Positions 49,045-60,600 of a stretch of 64,000 nt of DNA are shown here, piece after piece (position 1 is the stretch's first letter; each line of letters begins with the position of its first letter). Under the pieces are notes generated by a model. It searched no databases, was not told the DNA's origin, and saw only the letters and a program-made list of their open reading frames with translations. The stretch comes from Pseudobdellovibrionaceae bacterium (lineage in GTDB: Bacteria; Bdellovibrionota; Bdellovibrionia; Bdellovibrionales; Bdellovibrionaceae), in contig JBIKLL010000003.1 of assembly GCA_044359815.1 (NCBI GenBank), positions 32,001 through 96,000 on the forward strand, written 5' to 3'. The translations under genes and the position numbers were made by a program.

Positions 49045-50790
49045 ATGTTAATGACGGAGGCTTTGGTAAGTCGAGTGAGGGAGCATTTCAGCAATTGTTT
49101 TAATAAGGTGACTTGGCTAGTCATTTTGTCAGTGGTGCCTAGGTTGGTTTTGGCCGATTCACCACCGGCTGTGAACGACTACAGAAGCGAGCTATTTAGA
49201 AATTTGTCAGGCCGTCAGATTGAAATTTTAAAGCCCGACGATGCTTGGGGCGCTGAATCCAACCTGAAGCTGCCTTTTTGGGCACAGGCTTTTAATGCCG
49301 AATTTTTAAAAATCTCACCTGTAAAATTTAATTCAGACTTTGAAATCTGTCTGAGCCAGTTTAGTTTTTCGCAATGCCAAGACAAACTGATCACAGGCCC
49401 GCGGGCTTTGTTGATCAGCGGACTGACAGCTGTGATGATGAGATGGGAAGTTCAACAAATCCCCTATGCAAATGCCATTCGAATTTCACTAAGCAACGGC
49501 AGTCAGCTAAAAGGTTTATTGGGTTTAAAGCCTGACGCAAAACCGCGGCCGCTGGTGATTGTCAGGCCAGGGATTTTTTGTGCAGGGACAGAAATTTATG
49601 GGGAACGGTTTTTGTGGTACATGCTTTTTGAGCAAACTGATTTTAATATTTTAGTTTTGGAAAGCGTCAGCAGTGCTGATTTTATTTTGCACAATTCAAA
49701 ACCAGAGTCCGCAGGCTATGGCGAAAACCAACAAAATATCGAAATCATCAAAGCCCTGCGATCACCACAAGAGCCTTTATCAAAGAGGGTCTCTGAAATT
49801 CACTTAGTCGGAATGAGCCTTGGGGGACCTGGGGTTTTGCTGACAGCAAAATCTGATGTGGCCAAAACCATTGCCAGCGTGACGACGATGTGTCCGTTGA
49901 TTGATTTACCGGGAACCATAAAAAAACAAAGCGAAAACCGTCTGGCTAAATGGGTTTCCAATAATTGGGCGGGCAGCAGGTTGTCAGCAGTTATGGATCG
50001 CATTGACAGAAAAACAGATTTTTTAGTTCAAGATTTTTTTGCATTTTTAAACAGCAATAATCCCAATTGGCAGTGGCAGGATTTTTTGGGGCCTTACAAA
50101 ACCCCTGTCACTGTGATTCAAACCCAGGATGATCCTTTAGTGGACAGCGCGATTAATTTTTCAAGACTGCAGCCAACGCCAATGGAAGGCAAAAATCAAA
50201 ATGCCAAATGGCTTAAGCAGCAAGCCTATCACCAAGACCCTAAACCCGATTTGCATTTGCTGCCAGAAGGGATTCATTGTTCCTTTTGGGTGCCTTATGA
50301 TTGGAAATGGGCTTCGGAATTTTTAACTGAAAAAATCCTCAAACGCAGCGATCCCCAATTGTGGAATCAGCAAATTCAAAAATGGCCATTGACCAATCCT
50401 GGCCAACAGAACGGAGATTTTGTTAAATTGGCCTTGGATCCTGCGGTTGAAAAGGTTTTTTATCTGGCTGATGTGCAATTTGGTGCGAATTTTGAAGAAC
50501 CATTAGATGCGAAAGTTGAAGAACAAACTGATGCGAAATTTGAAAGCGTCGAAATTTTATTAAAAGTCGCAGTCGTGTCATCCCATGAATTTAATCAATC
50601 CTGGTTTGCAAAATGGCTGACCCCTCATCATTGGCAAATCTTCAAAATAGATTCAGCAAAATTTGGATTTAGCCGCCAGTATCTGCAGTTTCAAAAATCT
50701 AGGGATCAAGCGCGTTTGTACCTGAGACAGAATCTGAAGTTTTCAGTCAGTGACAATCAATTGGTAGCTCAATGGAAAATGATTGAATGA
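49045..50790 (+). CDS. Secreted alpha/beta hydrolase (start uncertain)
   Basis: GMSLG nucleophile elbow, DDPLV, GIHC His; signal-like segment. Confidence 0.75.
   Translation: MLMTEALVSRVREHFSNCFNKVTWLVILSVVPRLVLADSPPAVNDYRSELFRNLSGRQIEILKPDDAWGAESNLKLPFWAQAFNAEFLKISPVKFNSDFEICLSQFSFSQCQDKLITGPRALLISGLTAVMMRWEVQQIPYANAIRISLSNGSQLKGLLGLKPDAKPRPLVIVRPGIFCAGTEIYGERFLWYMLFEQTDFNILVLESVSSADFILHNSKPESAGYGENQQNIEIIKALRSPQEPLSKRVSEIHLVGMSLGGPGVLLTAKSDVAKTIASVTTMCPLIDLPGTIKKQSENRLAKWVSNNWAGSRLSAVMDRIDRKTDFLVQDFFAFLNSNNPNWQWQDFLGPYKTPVTVIQTQDDPLVDSAINFSRLQPTPMEGKNQNAKWLKQQAYHQDPKPDLHLLPEGIHCSFWVPYDWKWASEFLTEKILKRSDPQLWNQQIQKWPLTNPGQQNGDFVKLALDPAVEKVFYLADVQFGANFEEPLDAKVEEQTDAKFESVEILLKVAVVSSHEFNQSWFAKWLTPHHWQIFKIDSAKFGFSRQYLQFQKSRDQARLYLRQNLKFSVSDNQLVAQWKMIE
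50482..50544 (+). repeat. In-frame 24-bp tandem repeat (about 2.6 copies)
   Basis: ggtgcgaattttgaagaaccatta / gatgcgaaagttgaagaacaaact / gatgcgaaatttgaa. Confidence 0.75.
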
Positions 50791-50858
50791 TTTTGAGCTT
50801 TAAAAACTTAACTAACTGCTGATTGAAATTCAGCACCGAGTGTGATTGAATCCAGAAT

Positions 50859-51896
50859 ATGACAACATCAAAAATTATAAAAATGCCTGCCACAGACAAA
50901 CACAAACAGAAGATCATTGATACGGTCCAAAAAATGAGTGCCAAAAAAATAATGGTGATTGGTGATGTGGGTGTGGATGAATACGTGATGGGCGAGGTTC
51001 GCAGAATCAGCCCCGAGGCTCCGGTGCCTGTGTTGGAGGTTGAATCTGAAGACATTCGTATTGGATTATCAGGAAACGTCGCTCAAAATATCAGAAGCCT
51101 TGGTGGGGAGCCCATACTGATCGGAACGATTGGCAAGGATCGCGGTGGGGAAACCTTTCAGGAGCTTTGCAAAAAATCAAAAATCGATTTGCAGTATCTG
51201 ATCAATGATGCCGACAGGCCCACGACCCGAAAAATAAGATTTATGGCCAAACATTATCATCTGGTCAGAGTGGATTTTGAAACCAGGAAATTTATCAACA
51301 AAGAAACCGAAGCAAAAATCTTGAAACAGGTCGAAGCTCAGATTGATCATTGCGAATCAGTTATCATTCAGGACTATGCCAAGGGAACCATCACAGAAAC
51401 CTTGGTAAAAAGCGTAGTCGGTGTTGCTCATAAAAAAAACAAACCTGTATTTGTGGACCCACATCGCAGTAACAATGCAGAATTTTATAAAGGTTGTGAT
51501 TTAATAAAACCTAATTTTGAAGAATCTGTGGTGTTATCCAAAATGACTTTTGATGAATTGCGGGATCATCCCTCTAAGATTGAAGAAATGGGCTGGCAGT
51601 TGCAAAAATACAGCTCGGCAAAACAAGTAGTCATGACCCGAGGTAAATTGGGAATGATGGTGTTTGATGACGGTCGGATCACTGAAATTCCGACTTACGC
51701 CAGACAGGTTTTTGATGTGACGGGTGCTGGTGATACGGTGATAGCTGCTTTGGCGTTGGGTTTGGCATCGGGATTAAATCTGGTGGAATCCAGCATGATG
51801 GCGACTTTTGCTGCGGGTGTTGTCGTTGGACAGGTGGGATGTGTTCCCTGCACGACTCAGCAATTGATTGATTATATAAAATCCATTCCTGCCTGA
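50859..51896 (+). CDS. hldA: D-glycero-manno-heptose-7-phosphate kinase (stand-alone HldE/RfaE domain I)
   Basis: VIGDVGVDEY, RISPEAPVPV, DYAKG, PNFEE, VFDVTGAGDT. Confidence 0.9.
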   Translation: MTTSKIIKMPATDKHKQKIIDTVQKMSAKKIMVIGDVGVDEYVMGEVRRISPEAPVPVLEVESEDIRIGLSGNVAQNIRSLGGEPILIGTIGKDRGGETFQELCKKSKIDLQYLINDADRPTTRKIRFMAKHYHLVRVDFETRKFINKETEAKILKQVEAQIDHCESVIIQDYAKGTITETLVKSVVGVAHKKNKPVFVDPHRSNNAEFYKGCDLIKPNFEESVVLSKMTFDELRDHPSKIEEMGWQLQKYSSAKQVVMTRGKLGMMVFDDGRITEIPTYARQVFDVTGAGDTVIAALALGLASGLNLVESSMMATFAAGVVVGQVGCVPCTTQQLIDYIKSIPA

Positions 51897-52065
51897 ACTT
51901 TGGTATTGGTCAGCTGATGAAATTTTGTTTTTTATACTGAAAATGTCTCTTAAACCAAACATAACTGCGCCCTTAGAGGCGATTCCTAAATGATCCAGAC
52001 CAGGTTCTAAAAAAATTAGTCTTGGTCCAATCCAAATTCGCGAAAACATTTTGGATAATAAAGAA

Positions 52066-53139
52066 ATGCATAGGATTTTGCTTTTTGCTTTTTTATTGTT
52101 CATCGGTGCTGCAGGAACTGCAAAAGCTGCCGAAGTTTTTGAGCTTTACCAAAGCGCCCGTTTTTTGGGGATGGGCGGGGCGATGATCGCAATCGCCAAT
52201 GATGAAACAGCTTTGCTGGCTAACCCCGCAGGACTGGGCCGAGTCCGTGGATCCTATGGAACTTTATTTGATCCAGAAGTTGAATTGGGTTCTAACGGGT
52301 ATTCTATGTACAAGGCACAGGCTTTTTCAAATCCCTTTGAGCCTTCTGGAATAGTCGACACAGTCAATGCTGTCAGGAACGAATGGTTTCATGCCAAGCA
52401 GCAGATTTTTCCATCCTATGTCGTCAGAAATTTTGGAATCGGCATTTTGGCAAAAAATGAAATCAACGTTCGGATGAACGAAGCCGGAACCTTGATGGAA
52501 ACTTATTATCACGAGGACCGTGTGGCCGTTTTAGGTATTAACTTTAGATGGTTTGATGGCCGCGTAAAATTGGGCGCCAGTTTAAAAGGAATTTCCCGAG
52601 TAGAAATCGCTGCAGATTTGGACACAACGGCTTCCTTGGATATTCCTAACGTGGCTTCAGAGGGCGCCGCCGTTGCCACTGATGTGGGTCTGATTTTAAC
52701 AGGGCCATGGGCCACGTTGCCAACCATTGCAGCTGTTTTGCATGACGTGGGCGGAACCAAATTCACTAGCAGCAGTGGACTCAGGTTTTCTGGAACGACT
52801 AGGCCTGCAGACATCGATCAAGATATTGATGTGGCGGTTGCGATGTTTCCGATTCATGAAAACAGAATCAGATCAGCTTTCACTGTCGAGCAAAAAAACA
52901 TAAAAGCAGCGGCTGCCGAGGACGATAAAAGCAAATACCTGCATGCGGGGTGGGAGCTGAATATGTATGACGTTTTGTTTATGAGACTGGGCATGAACCA
53001 AAGATATTGGACAGCTGGTTTTGAGCTAGCATCCGAGCACACTCAGGTTCAGTTTGCCAGTTATGGTGAGGAAGTTGGAGACGCGACAAATAATTTAGAG
53101 GACAGAAGATATGTTTTTAAATTCAGCTTTAGATTTTAG
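52066..53139 (+). CDS. Outer-membrane beta-barrel, FadL/PorV/TraF_2-like (copy 1)
   Basis: Signal peptide; SARFLGMGGAMIA...ALLANPAGL plug motif; C-terminal FKFSFRF. Confidence 0.75.
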   Translation: MHRILLFAFLLFIGAAGTAKAAEVFELYQSARFLGMGGAMIAIANDETALLANPAGLGRVRGSYGTLFDPEVELGSNGYSMYKAQAFSNPFEPSGIVDTVNAVRNEWFHAKQQIFPSYVVRNFGIGILAKNEINVRMNEAGTLMETYYHEDRVAVLGINFRWFDGRVKLGASLKGISRVEIAADLDTTASLDIPNVASEGAAVATDVGLILTGPWATLPTIAAVLHDVGGTKFTSSSGLRFSGTTRPADIDQDIDVAVAMFPIHENRIRSAFTVEQKNIKAAAAEDDKSKYLHAGWELNMYDVLFMRLGMNQRYWTAGFELASEHTQVQFASYGEEVGDATNNLEDRRYVFKFSFRF

Positions 53140-53944
53140 AAAAATATTTTTAATTTCCATCGTACTGAGCTGTGTTGGTTGCACAAACATTTTCAAAGCC
53201 AGTGCTAACAAAGGTACCGATGAGGCAATTGCTTTTGAAATCAGAAAAGCAATCAATTCTGGCAGCTATGATGAGGCTATAACTTTGATTGCCACATTGA
53301 GTGCTGATTACAGATACACAAAGCCGGCAGTGCATTTAGCAGCGGCAGCTTATGCTGGCAAATGCGGATTGAACTTTGCCGATTTCACTGAGGACCTGGG
53401 GGCCGGTGCAGGGTCTGATCCCTTTATGCTGTGGATGATGAAGCTGTGGCATACAAAAGTCGTTGATTATACAAATTGCGTCTCGGCACAAACCGAAATG
53501 GAAAGACTGGCCAGCTCGTATGCGACCAGGGATTCTGAAGACGCATTTTTTATGGTGATTTTAGGAATGGTTAAGATCGGGACTCTGTTGTTTGAAATCG
53601 TAGACACCGATGACGATCAGGTTCCAGACAATCCACCCTTTGACGGTGCTCTTCCCTCCTTCTGTGATGCAAATAATTTTTCAGACGCACTGACGGCCGA
53701 AATCGGAAGTGGCATTGGCATGGTGATCGGAAATTTGACCCAAGTGGGTTCCAGTATTTCGGGCGTGGACACGACAGCCTTTGATGCCGCTTGCACAGCA
53801 TTGGCCGCGGGTTTAGGTGGGGTGAATCCCTGTCTGATCGAGGATCGAGCTGTATTTTTGGCAGACAACAATAAGCTGAAAGCCATTCGTACATTGCTCA
53901 ACACCAATTCAGCCGGAGTCATTAACGGAGCCCCATGTCCTTAA
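53111..53944 (+). CDS. Helical Cys-rich lipoprotein
   Basis: Lipobox-like LSCVGC; TPR-like INSGSYDEAI...LAAAAYAGKCG; multiple Cys. Confidence 0.7.
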   Translation: MFLNSALDFRKIFLISIVLSCVGCTNIFKASANKGTDEAIAFEIRKAINSGSYDEAITLIATLSADYRYTKPAVHLAAAAYAGKCGLNFADFTEDLGAGAGSDPFMLWMMKLWHTKVVDYTNCVSAQTEMERLASSYATRDSEDAFFMVILGMVKIGTLLFEIVDTDDDQVPDNPPFDGALPSFCDANNFSDALTAEIGSGIGMVIGNLTQVGSSISGVDTTAFDAACTALAAGLGGVNPCLIEDRAVFLADNNKLKAIRTLLNTNSAGVINGAPCP

Positions 53945-55047
53945 AAATTCTGCTGACTATTTTGATCGGTTATTTTTCAAATGCTGTAGAGCTATTTGAT
54001 TACAATCAATCAGTCAGACAATTGGGCATGGGTGGCGTTTATATTTTTGACGAAAACGATGCGGGTTCATTATTAAACAATCCTGCTTACACCTGTTATA
54101 CCGAGGGCATGAACTGGACAATTTTTAATATTGGTGTAGGCATCAACGGATTGCAAATTTACAATGACTTAACCAGTATCGGTACTATTGATGGAATCGG
54201 ATCACTGACGCCGTTGTATGGTAAAAATATTTGGGTCGGCGCTGGTGGGCATACGACGATGACCTTTCCCTGTTTTGGATTCAGCGGATATGATGCCGGT
54301 GGTGCTGGATTTCAGCTATACAATCCACCCTTTCCTAATATGGACATGACCTACATTAATGACTACGCAATTATGGGTGGCGGTGCTTTCAAGCTGGGAC
54401 CTATTTTATCCATGGGTTTAAATGTTAAAAGAATCACTCGTGTTGGTGGAACCGCCACTGTGGGTGCCAGTACCTTGGCGTCTGCGACATCGTCATCACT
54501 GCTAAATGTGTTTTCAAATGAAGGCAATGGTTACGGAATTGATGTGGGCCTGGCTGCCAGGTTTGATTCGTTGCCATTTAATCCGACGTTTTCAATGATG
54601 TGGAAGGACGCTGGATCAGTTCAGTTTGTAAAATCAAAGGGCAGTGATTCACCAGACAGGCTTAAGGACAATATGATTTTGGCTGCAACCGTCGAGGGCA
54701 GCATACCCCTGTTGGGTTTTGCGGCGGGCATCGAATACCGACACGTGACTGAAAGTGGCGAACAATTTGGTAAAAAGCTGCACCTGGGCACAGAGCTGAC
54801 CGTAGCAATGTTTGATTTAAGAGCAGGATTTTACCAAGGGTACACCACCTACGGTGTGGGCGTGGATTTATTTTTAATGCAACTAAATGCAGCTACTTAT
54901 TCGGTTGAAAAGGGTGCTTACCCTGGGCAGAGCGAAGACGCCAGGATTCAGGTATCTTTGGACGCTACGCTGAGTTTTGATCCCAGTTTTAATTTGGTGG
55001 GATTTGGCGCTGCAAACAAAAAACGAAAGCTTAAACAAAGACGCTAG
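53935..55047 (+). CDS. Outer-membrane beta-barrel, FadL/PorV/TraF_2-like (copy 2)
   Basis: Signal peptide; SVRQLGMGGVY...LLNNPAY motif; GYGIDVG, KLHLGTE, LRAGFYQGY; basic C-terminal tail. Confidence 0.75.
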   Translation: MSLKILLTILIGYFSNAVELFDYNQSVRQLGMGGVYIFDENDAGSLLNNPAYTCYTEGMNWTIFNIGVGINGLQIYNDLTSIGTIDGIGSLTPLYGKNIWVGAGGHTTMTFPCFGFSGYDAGGAGFQLYNPPFPNMDMTYINDYAIMGGGAFKLGPILSMGLNVKRITRVGGTATVGASTLASATSSSLLNVFSNEGNGYGIDVGLAARFDSLPFNPTFSMMWKDAGSVQFVKSKGSDSPDRLKDNMILAATVEGSIPLLGFAAGIEYRHVTESGEQFGKKLHLGTELTVAMFDLRAGFYQGYTTYGVGVDLFLMQLNAATYSVEKGAYPGQSEDARIQVSLDATLSFDPSFNLVGFGAANKKRKLKQRR

Positions 55048-55066
55048 TTAAGTTATAACTTTTGAA

Positions 55067-57682
55067 ATGCTTCAAAAGTTTTTTATCAGCAATCCATTAG
55101 ACAAAAAAAATCTGTGGGATCAGTTTGATCCTGATCGGCACACATGGGTTGTATCTGACCTGCATTCAAAATTTGAATTGCAAGAAATGCTTTTACAGAA
55201 ATATCCAGGCATACCTGATGACTGCATTTTAAGGGTCAGTGAATTGTGGAATAAATTATTTGCCCGAAGCCAATCTGAATACAGTGTGATTTCAAAAATA
55301 TTCTTCAACACTCGCTTGCAGAAATGGCTCAAACACAATCATCCCGAGCTTAGCCCTATAGCTAGCAGAACCATGCTCAGTTTTTTGGAAAGCGCTGGGG
55401 CAACTTTGATTCACAAAACCCTCAGCGAAACTTTTGAAGAATGGCTTTTGCAAAACCCACAGATCGCCGGAAAATTTTCGCCCTGGCATCAGTTTTCGAC
55501 TGAATTTTTAAATGAACTGGTTTCTGAAAAATCAATTCCGCAGTTTTTGGTATCCAGTTATCTGGATCAAATCGATTCTTTTACCCAGCACTGGGACCGA
55601 GAGCTTTTTGTGGATGTGGGGGCTGATTTAAAATGGCAAGAAGCCACGCTGTTTAATAGATTGTCTAAAAAAATCTCGGTGAACGTGATCACTCCAACGC
55701 CTATATGGATTAAAAGTTTTGATTTTTTAACCAAGCCCTATGATCTGTTGCAAGAATCCAAAAAATCCGAACTGCCCACACAGGGTATAGCTAACACCAC
55801 AAAATGTTTGCGACTGGCTACGCCCTTGGCAGAATCCAAATGGGCCGTCATGCAAATCCGCGAATGGTTGGACAGTGGTGTGGATCCCAGACAGATTGCC
55901 GTGCATGCCAGTCAAATCGAGGACTACTGGGTGATGCTGCAGCCATTATTGGAAGCCGAAGGAGTATTGGTATTTAAAAATTGTGTTAGCAAATTCAGCC
56001 AATTGCCGGTGTTTCAATCATTGCTCGCGGAATTCAGGCTGCATATTAAATCCATAGACTTTGTGACTTTGCAGAATTTTTTGTATTCGGAAACTCCCAA
56101 AATCAAAAAGCGTTTTGAAAATTTCTACGCAGAATTTAAAAATATTTTGGATTTTGAGGATGTTTCAAAGGACAAAGGCCTTACACTGATGTTGTCACAG
56201 CTGAATTTTGATCAAAAGATTTTAAACACAGACAGTTTTGTTAAATTGCTGGCGGCCTTTTGGGATAAATGCCGTGGGGATGAGGGCCAATTGTTATCTG
56301 TAGTCAGATCTTTGCTGATCGAGGTTCCCAGGGATTTTGAGGCCTCGTTGGCTGACTGGGTTTATTTGCTGGAAAATCTGGCTGCTAAAATCGAAGTCAA
56401 AATCCAATTGGGTGACATCAACGGAATCAGGCTGACCAATCTGCAATCATCAGATCCAAGCTTTCAATCACATCATATTTTTTTGGGCCTGACCGAGGAT
56501 CAGCTGAAGGTCAAAAAGGGTTTTGGGTTTTCGCCATTGGATCTGCAAAAGATCGCTGGTGATTTGGGATTTTATTTTGATCACCCTGATCAAACCAGTG
56601 ATGAATTTTCGCTGAAATTTAATTCAGCCGGTGCTGAGATTTGCTATTTTGTATGCGCCGAAAATACAGTCACCGGCGAAGCTTTATCACCGGCTACCGA
56701 TTGGTTGGATCAATCCAGACAAAATCTTGAGACCTCTCCCAAATATTTTCACACCGTTTGGGACAGCAAACAGCAGGAATACCTAAATTTGCAAAGCAGT
56801 ATTTTAGCTGACGGCGACAATTACCAGCTGACCAATCACAACGTTCGCGAAATCAGTGTGTCTGGATTTGAGCGGTATCAGGAGTGTGCTTTTAATTTCA
56901 AAGCTGAAAGAATTTTTAAATTAAAGGATCTGCCAGAGCAGGATTTAGATACCGATCGCATGACTGAGGGCTCGATCATGCATTCGGTTTTAGAGGAATT
57001 GTCCGTTATTGAAGACACTAAGAATGTTGATAAGATTGTGGAAAACATTGTGAACGAAAAGGTCCCTGCATTTATCGCAGCCCCAATCAGGCATTCATTT
57101 ATAAAACGAGCTCTATTGGTGGCCAGTCGGTTTTTGAAATTTCAAGAAAACCTCAGGTCTGTTGCCAGCGATTTTCAGATTATTTCACGCGAACAGAAAT
57201 TTAAACTGCAGGTGAAATCCTCTGCCGGTCAGGATTTTACAGTGATCGGCAAGACCGACAGGATCCATGCCTTGGACTCTGATAAAAAAATCACAGTGAT
57301 TATGGATTACAAATCCAGTGACCAAGGTTTTAATCTGCTGAAATCGGCCTTGGATAAGGGCCAATGGCAGATGGTGCTTTATTATTTGGGCCTTCAGCAA
57401 AATTCTGTGAACCCGACAGCTTTGCAGTATTATTTTTACCGCTCAGGCGACAGCAAAATTGTTTTTAAACTGAAAGAATTTGTAACCGAAGCTTTGTCAT
57501 TAAACGCTCAGGCGGCTATGTCCCAGGAAGATGCTGATAGCTTTTTTGAAAAGGCCTCGGAAAAACTGGTTCAGGCAGTGGATAAAATCTGTCGGGGAGA
57601 GCTACCCACTGAACCTTTAAACGTAAACCAATGTCCGCAATGTGAATGGAATTATTTATGCCGAGCCCAGCACCTGAATTAA
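55067..57682 (+). CDS. addB: AddB/RexB-like nuclease subunit
   Basis: SVSGFERYQECAF, GSIMHSVLE, GKTDRI, IMDYKS, C-terminal CPQCEWNYLC Fe-S motif; adjacent to AddA. Confidence 0.8.
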   Translation: MLQKFFISNPLDKKNLWDQFDPDRHTWVVSDLHSKFELQEMLLQKYPGIPDDCILRVSELWNKLFARSQSEYSVISKIFFNTRLQKWLKHNHPELSPIASRTMLSFLESAGATLIHKTLSETFEEWLLQNPQIAGKFSPWHQFSTEFLNELVSEKSIPQFLVSSYLDQIDSFTQHWDRELFVDVGADLKWQEATLFNRLSKKISVNVITPTPIWIKSFDFLTKPYDLLQESKKSELPTQGIANTTKCLRLATPLAESKWAVMQIREWLDSGVDPRQIAVHASQIEDYWVMLQPLLEAEGVLVFKNCVSKFSQLPVFQSLLAEFRLHIKSIDFVTLQNFLYSETPKIKKRFENFYAEFKNILDFEDVSKDKGLTLMLSQLNFDQKILNTDSFVKLLAAFWDKCRGDEGQLLSVVRSLLIEVPRDFEASLADWVYLLENLAAKIEVKIQLGDINGIRLTNLQSSDPSFQSHHIFLGLTEDQLKVKKGFGFSPLDLQKIAGDLGFYFDHPDQTSDEFSLKFNSAGAEICYFVCAENTVTGEALSPATDWLDQSRQNLETSPKYFHTVWDSKQQEYLNLQSSILADGDNYQLTNHNVREISVSGFERYQECAFNFKAERIFKLKDLPEQDLDTDRMTEGSIMHSVLEELSVIEDTKNVDKIVENIVNEKVPAFIAAPIRHSFIKRALLVASRFLKFQENLRSVASDFQIISREQKFKLQVKSSAGQDFTVIGKTDRIHALDSDKKITVIMDYKSSDQGFNLLKSALDKGQWQMVLYYLGLQQNSVNPTALQYYFYRSGDSKIVFKLKEFVTEALSLNAQAAMSQEDADSFFEKASEKLVQAVDKICRGELPTEPLNVNQCPQCEWNYLCRAQHLN

Positions 57683-60600
57683 TCAATAAAGCCATCAGAG
57701 CTGGCGCCGGTGCTGGTAAAACCACATCTTTGGTGGCTGAGGTCACCGAAATTTCGCAGCAGTTTTTAAAGCAAAATCAAAAACCCAGATTTATAGTTAC
57801 GACCTTTACCAAAAAAGCCAGTCATGAACTGAAGGAAAGACTGCTTAAAAAAGCTTTGGAGCTGCAGGATTCAGATCTGTGCCAGCTCTATAGGTCCAAA
57901 ACCCATCTGCACATTTCAACCATTCACGGAGTGCTGGGAATGTTTTTAACCAAACATGGATCCCAGATTGGTTTGTTGCCTTCGTATCAGATTGTCAGCG
58001 AGGAAGCTGATAAAATAATCCTTAAAAAAATTGCCAAAAAAAATCTGGCAGATCCTCAGTTCGTAAGCCTGCTGGAAACCTTTAGATTGGGTGATATTTT
58101 AGAAATTCTGTATGAATTTTTGCAAATTGTATTGGAAAACCCCTCAGCCGCCAGTTTTACGACGCAAGATCTGCAAAAAATAGTTAACGATAAAAAACAA
58201 CAGGCCTTTGGGCGCATGAAAAGACTGGCTGATGGTATCCTGCAATGCACGGATAAACCTGACTGGAAAAAGGTTTCTGATCTGTTATCCAGCCATGCGG
58301 CAAAACAAACCATTCCTACCGAGCTAAAATTTCCGCAAAACAGATCGGGTGCCATTGATTCTGATGTTGAGGAACTGCGTGACCAGGTCAAAGAAGACAT
58401 CGAGCTTTTAAACGGAGTCGCATTTTCAGAAAAAAGCATTCAGGATCATCAGCAATCCATTTCAAAGTTTGAAGCCCTGGGGTATTTGCTGTTGCCTGAA
58501 TATTTGAGTCAAAAAATCAGTCTGGGTCAATTGACCATGAGAAACCTAGAGGGCTTTACCTCGCTGATTTTGGATCGCAGTCCCCAGTCAGCGGCCGAGT
58601 TTTCGCAAGACTGGGATTATTGGTTTATCGATGAATACCAAGACACCTCGCCTTTGCAGGTCAGATTGATCAAATCATTGATGAACACCAAAAAAGGTTA
58701 TTTTGTTGGTGATCCTCAACAATCGATTTATCTGTTTCGTGGTGCCAAGGTCGAATTGTTTAATCAATTGATTGAGGATTTTAAAAATTCAAATCAGTTT
58801 TTGGGAATTTTGGATAAAAACTACCGATCAGAGGCAAATGTTTTAAATTTTATCAATCAGATTTCCAGCAAACTGGGATTTGAACCCATGCAGGTGGGCA
58901 GTGATCTGAAGCCCTTTAATGACAGTGTGATGGTGACCGGTTGTGAGCCTGAACAAGAGCTCAATGCCGTTACTCAAAATATCATTAGACTGCTGAATCA
59001 GGGGGTGTCGGCTGCCAACATCACCATTTTGGCAAACAACAATGACAGTCTGCAAACGCTGCACGAGCATTTAAATAAAAATTCAATCCCTGTGTTTTTA
59101 AATAGTGCGGGGAAATATTTTAAAAGACGCGAAATTTTGGACGTGGTTTTGTGTCTGAAAGTTTTAATCAATCCCCACGATAATTTGAGCCTTGTGTCGC
59201 TGCTGAGGTCACCGTGGTTTTATCTGTCAGACGACAATATCCATCAAATCTGCACAGGGGTTGCCGAATCATTCTGGGTTAATGCCACAAATTCCGAAGA
59301 TCCGTTGATCAAAAAAGTCGTTTCAGAAATTGTCGGTTTCAAGCAGCTTTGCCAAGAACGCGGGTATTTTCAGGGGCTATTGCAATTGATGAAGCAAAAA
59401 CAGGTTTTTGAATCCTGTGCTTATTTTGATTCCAGCGGCAGACGCGAAGCCAATCTGTGGAAGTTTTTATTTTTGCTGAAAGAATTTTCTGACAGACCGG
59501 GTGTTTTGATTTTGGAATTTGTAGAAAAGATTTTATCTGCAGAGGCCTCTGATCCCGAGGTTTCTGAGACTGATGCTATCCCGGCTGTGGCCAATGACCG
59601 AGTTCAGATGATGACGGTGCATGCGTCAAAAGGGTTGCAGTTTGATCATGTGATTTTGTTTCATCTGCACAAAAGGGTTCAGACCGCAGAACGAGATGAT
59701 TTGTTGTTTGATCGTGATCTGGAAAAATTCACTATCAATCTGGTGGATTCTGATTCTGGCAAAAAAACAAAATCAGTGGCAGGATTGTTTATCCAAGAAA
59801 AAATGTCGCAGGCAAAATTACTGGAACACGACAGGCTGTTGTATGTGGCTTTGACCAGGGCCAAGCTGAGTTTGAATTTAGTGTTTTCAAAAATTCAAAG
59901 AAAATCCTGGGCTGATTCGTTGATCAACAAAGTCGGCATTGATTTGTCTGAGGGCATTCACCAACTGGGAAATGTTAAATACAAAAGCCTTAGTTTTTCA
60001 GGTGATTCTGGTGATATGAGTGTGGGTGAATCCGGTGGTGAGGGTGGCGTAGGTGATGTGAGTGATTCTGGTAATTCGGTTAGTGTGATTGATGTTGGTG
60101 ATTCTGGTAAGTCGGTAGGTGTCGGTGATACAAGTGATGCTCGTGATTCTGGTAGTGTGGGTGTTAAGCAAGTGCTGATTCATTCAGAAGCTGAAGTTCC
60201 GCACCGGACAGTAAAGCCCATTCAGGCAATGAAGCACACTCAGTTGATTTCGGTCACAGAATGGCTTGAGTCCCAAGTTTTCTCGCCGAAAACCGATTCG
60301 TTAAAAAATCTCGACAAGATTGATGATGTGCCGGGGCAATATATTAAAGATTCGAACGCAAACAAAGTTGGACACATAGATGATTCAAAGTTCGTCGCAA
60401 CATCTCGTGCTTTGAATGATAGTCATTCGTCGAGCCTATCCAAAAAACTTAGCTCTGATTCTGTGGCGGGTTTTACCCCGAAGGCTGCTGAGTCAGCCAT
60501 TCAGCCATCTGGTGGTTTAAAAAGTATTGAGTTTGCAAAGCTTGGGACTGATATCCATAAAGCCCTCGAGATGGTGAAATACCACAAGGACCATTCAAAA

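Noticed and set aside
52066..55047. Conjugation system suggested by TraF-like barrels
   Set aside because: No relaxase, coupling protein, VirB4 or pilin genes nearby; the family name does not imply conjugation.
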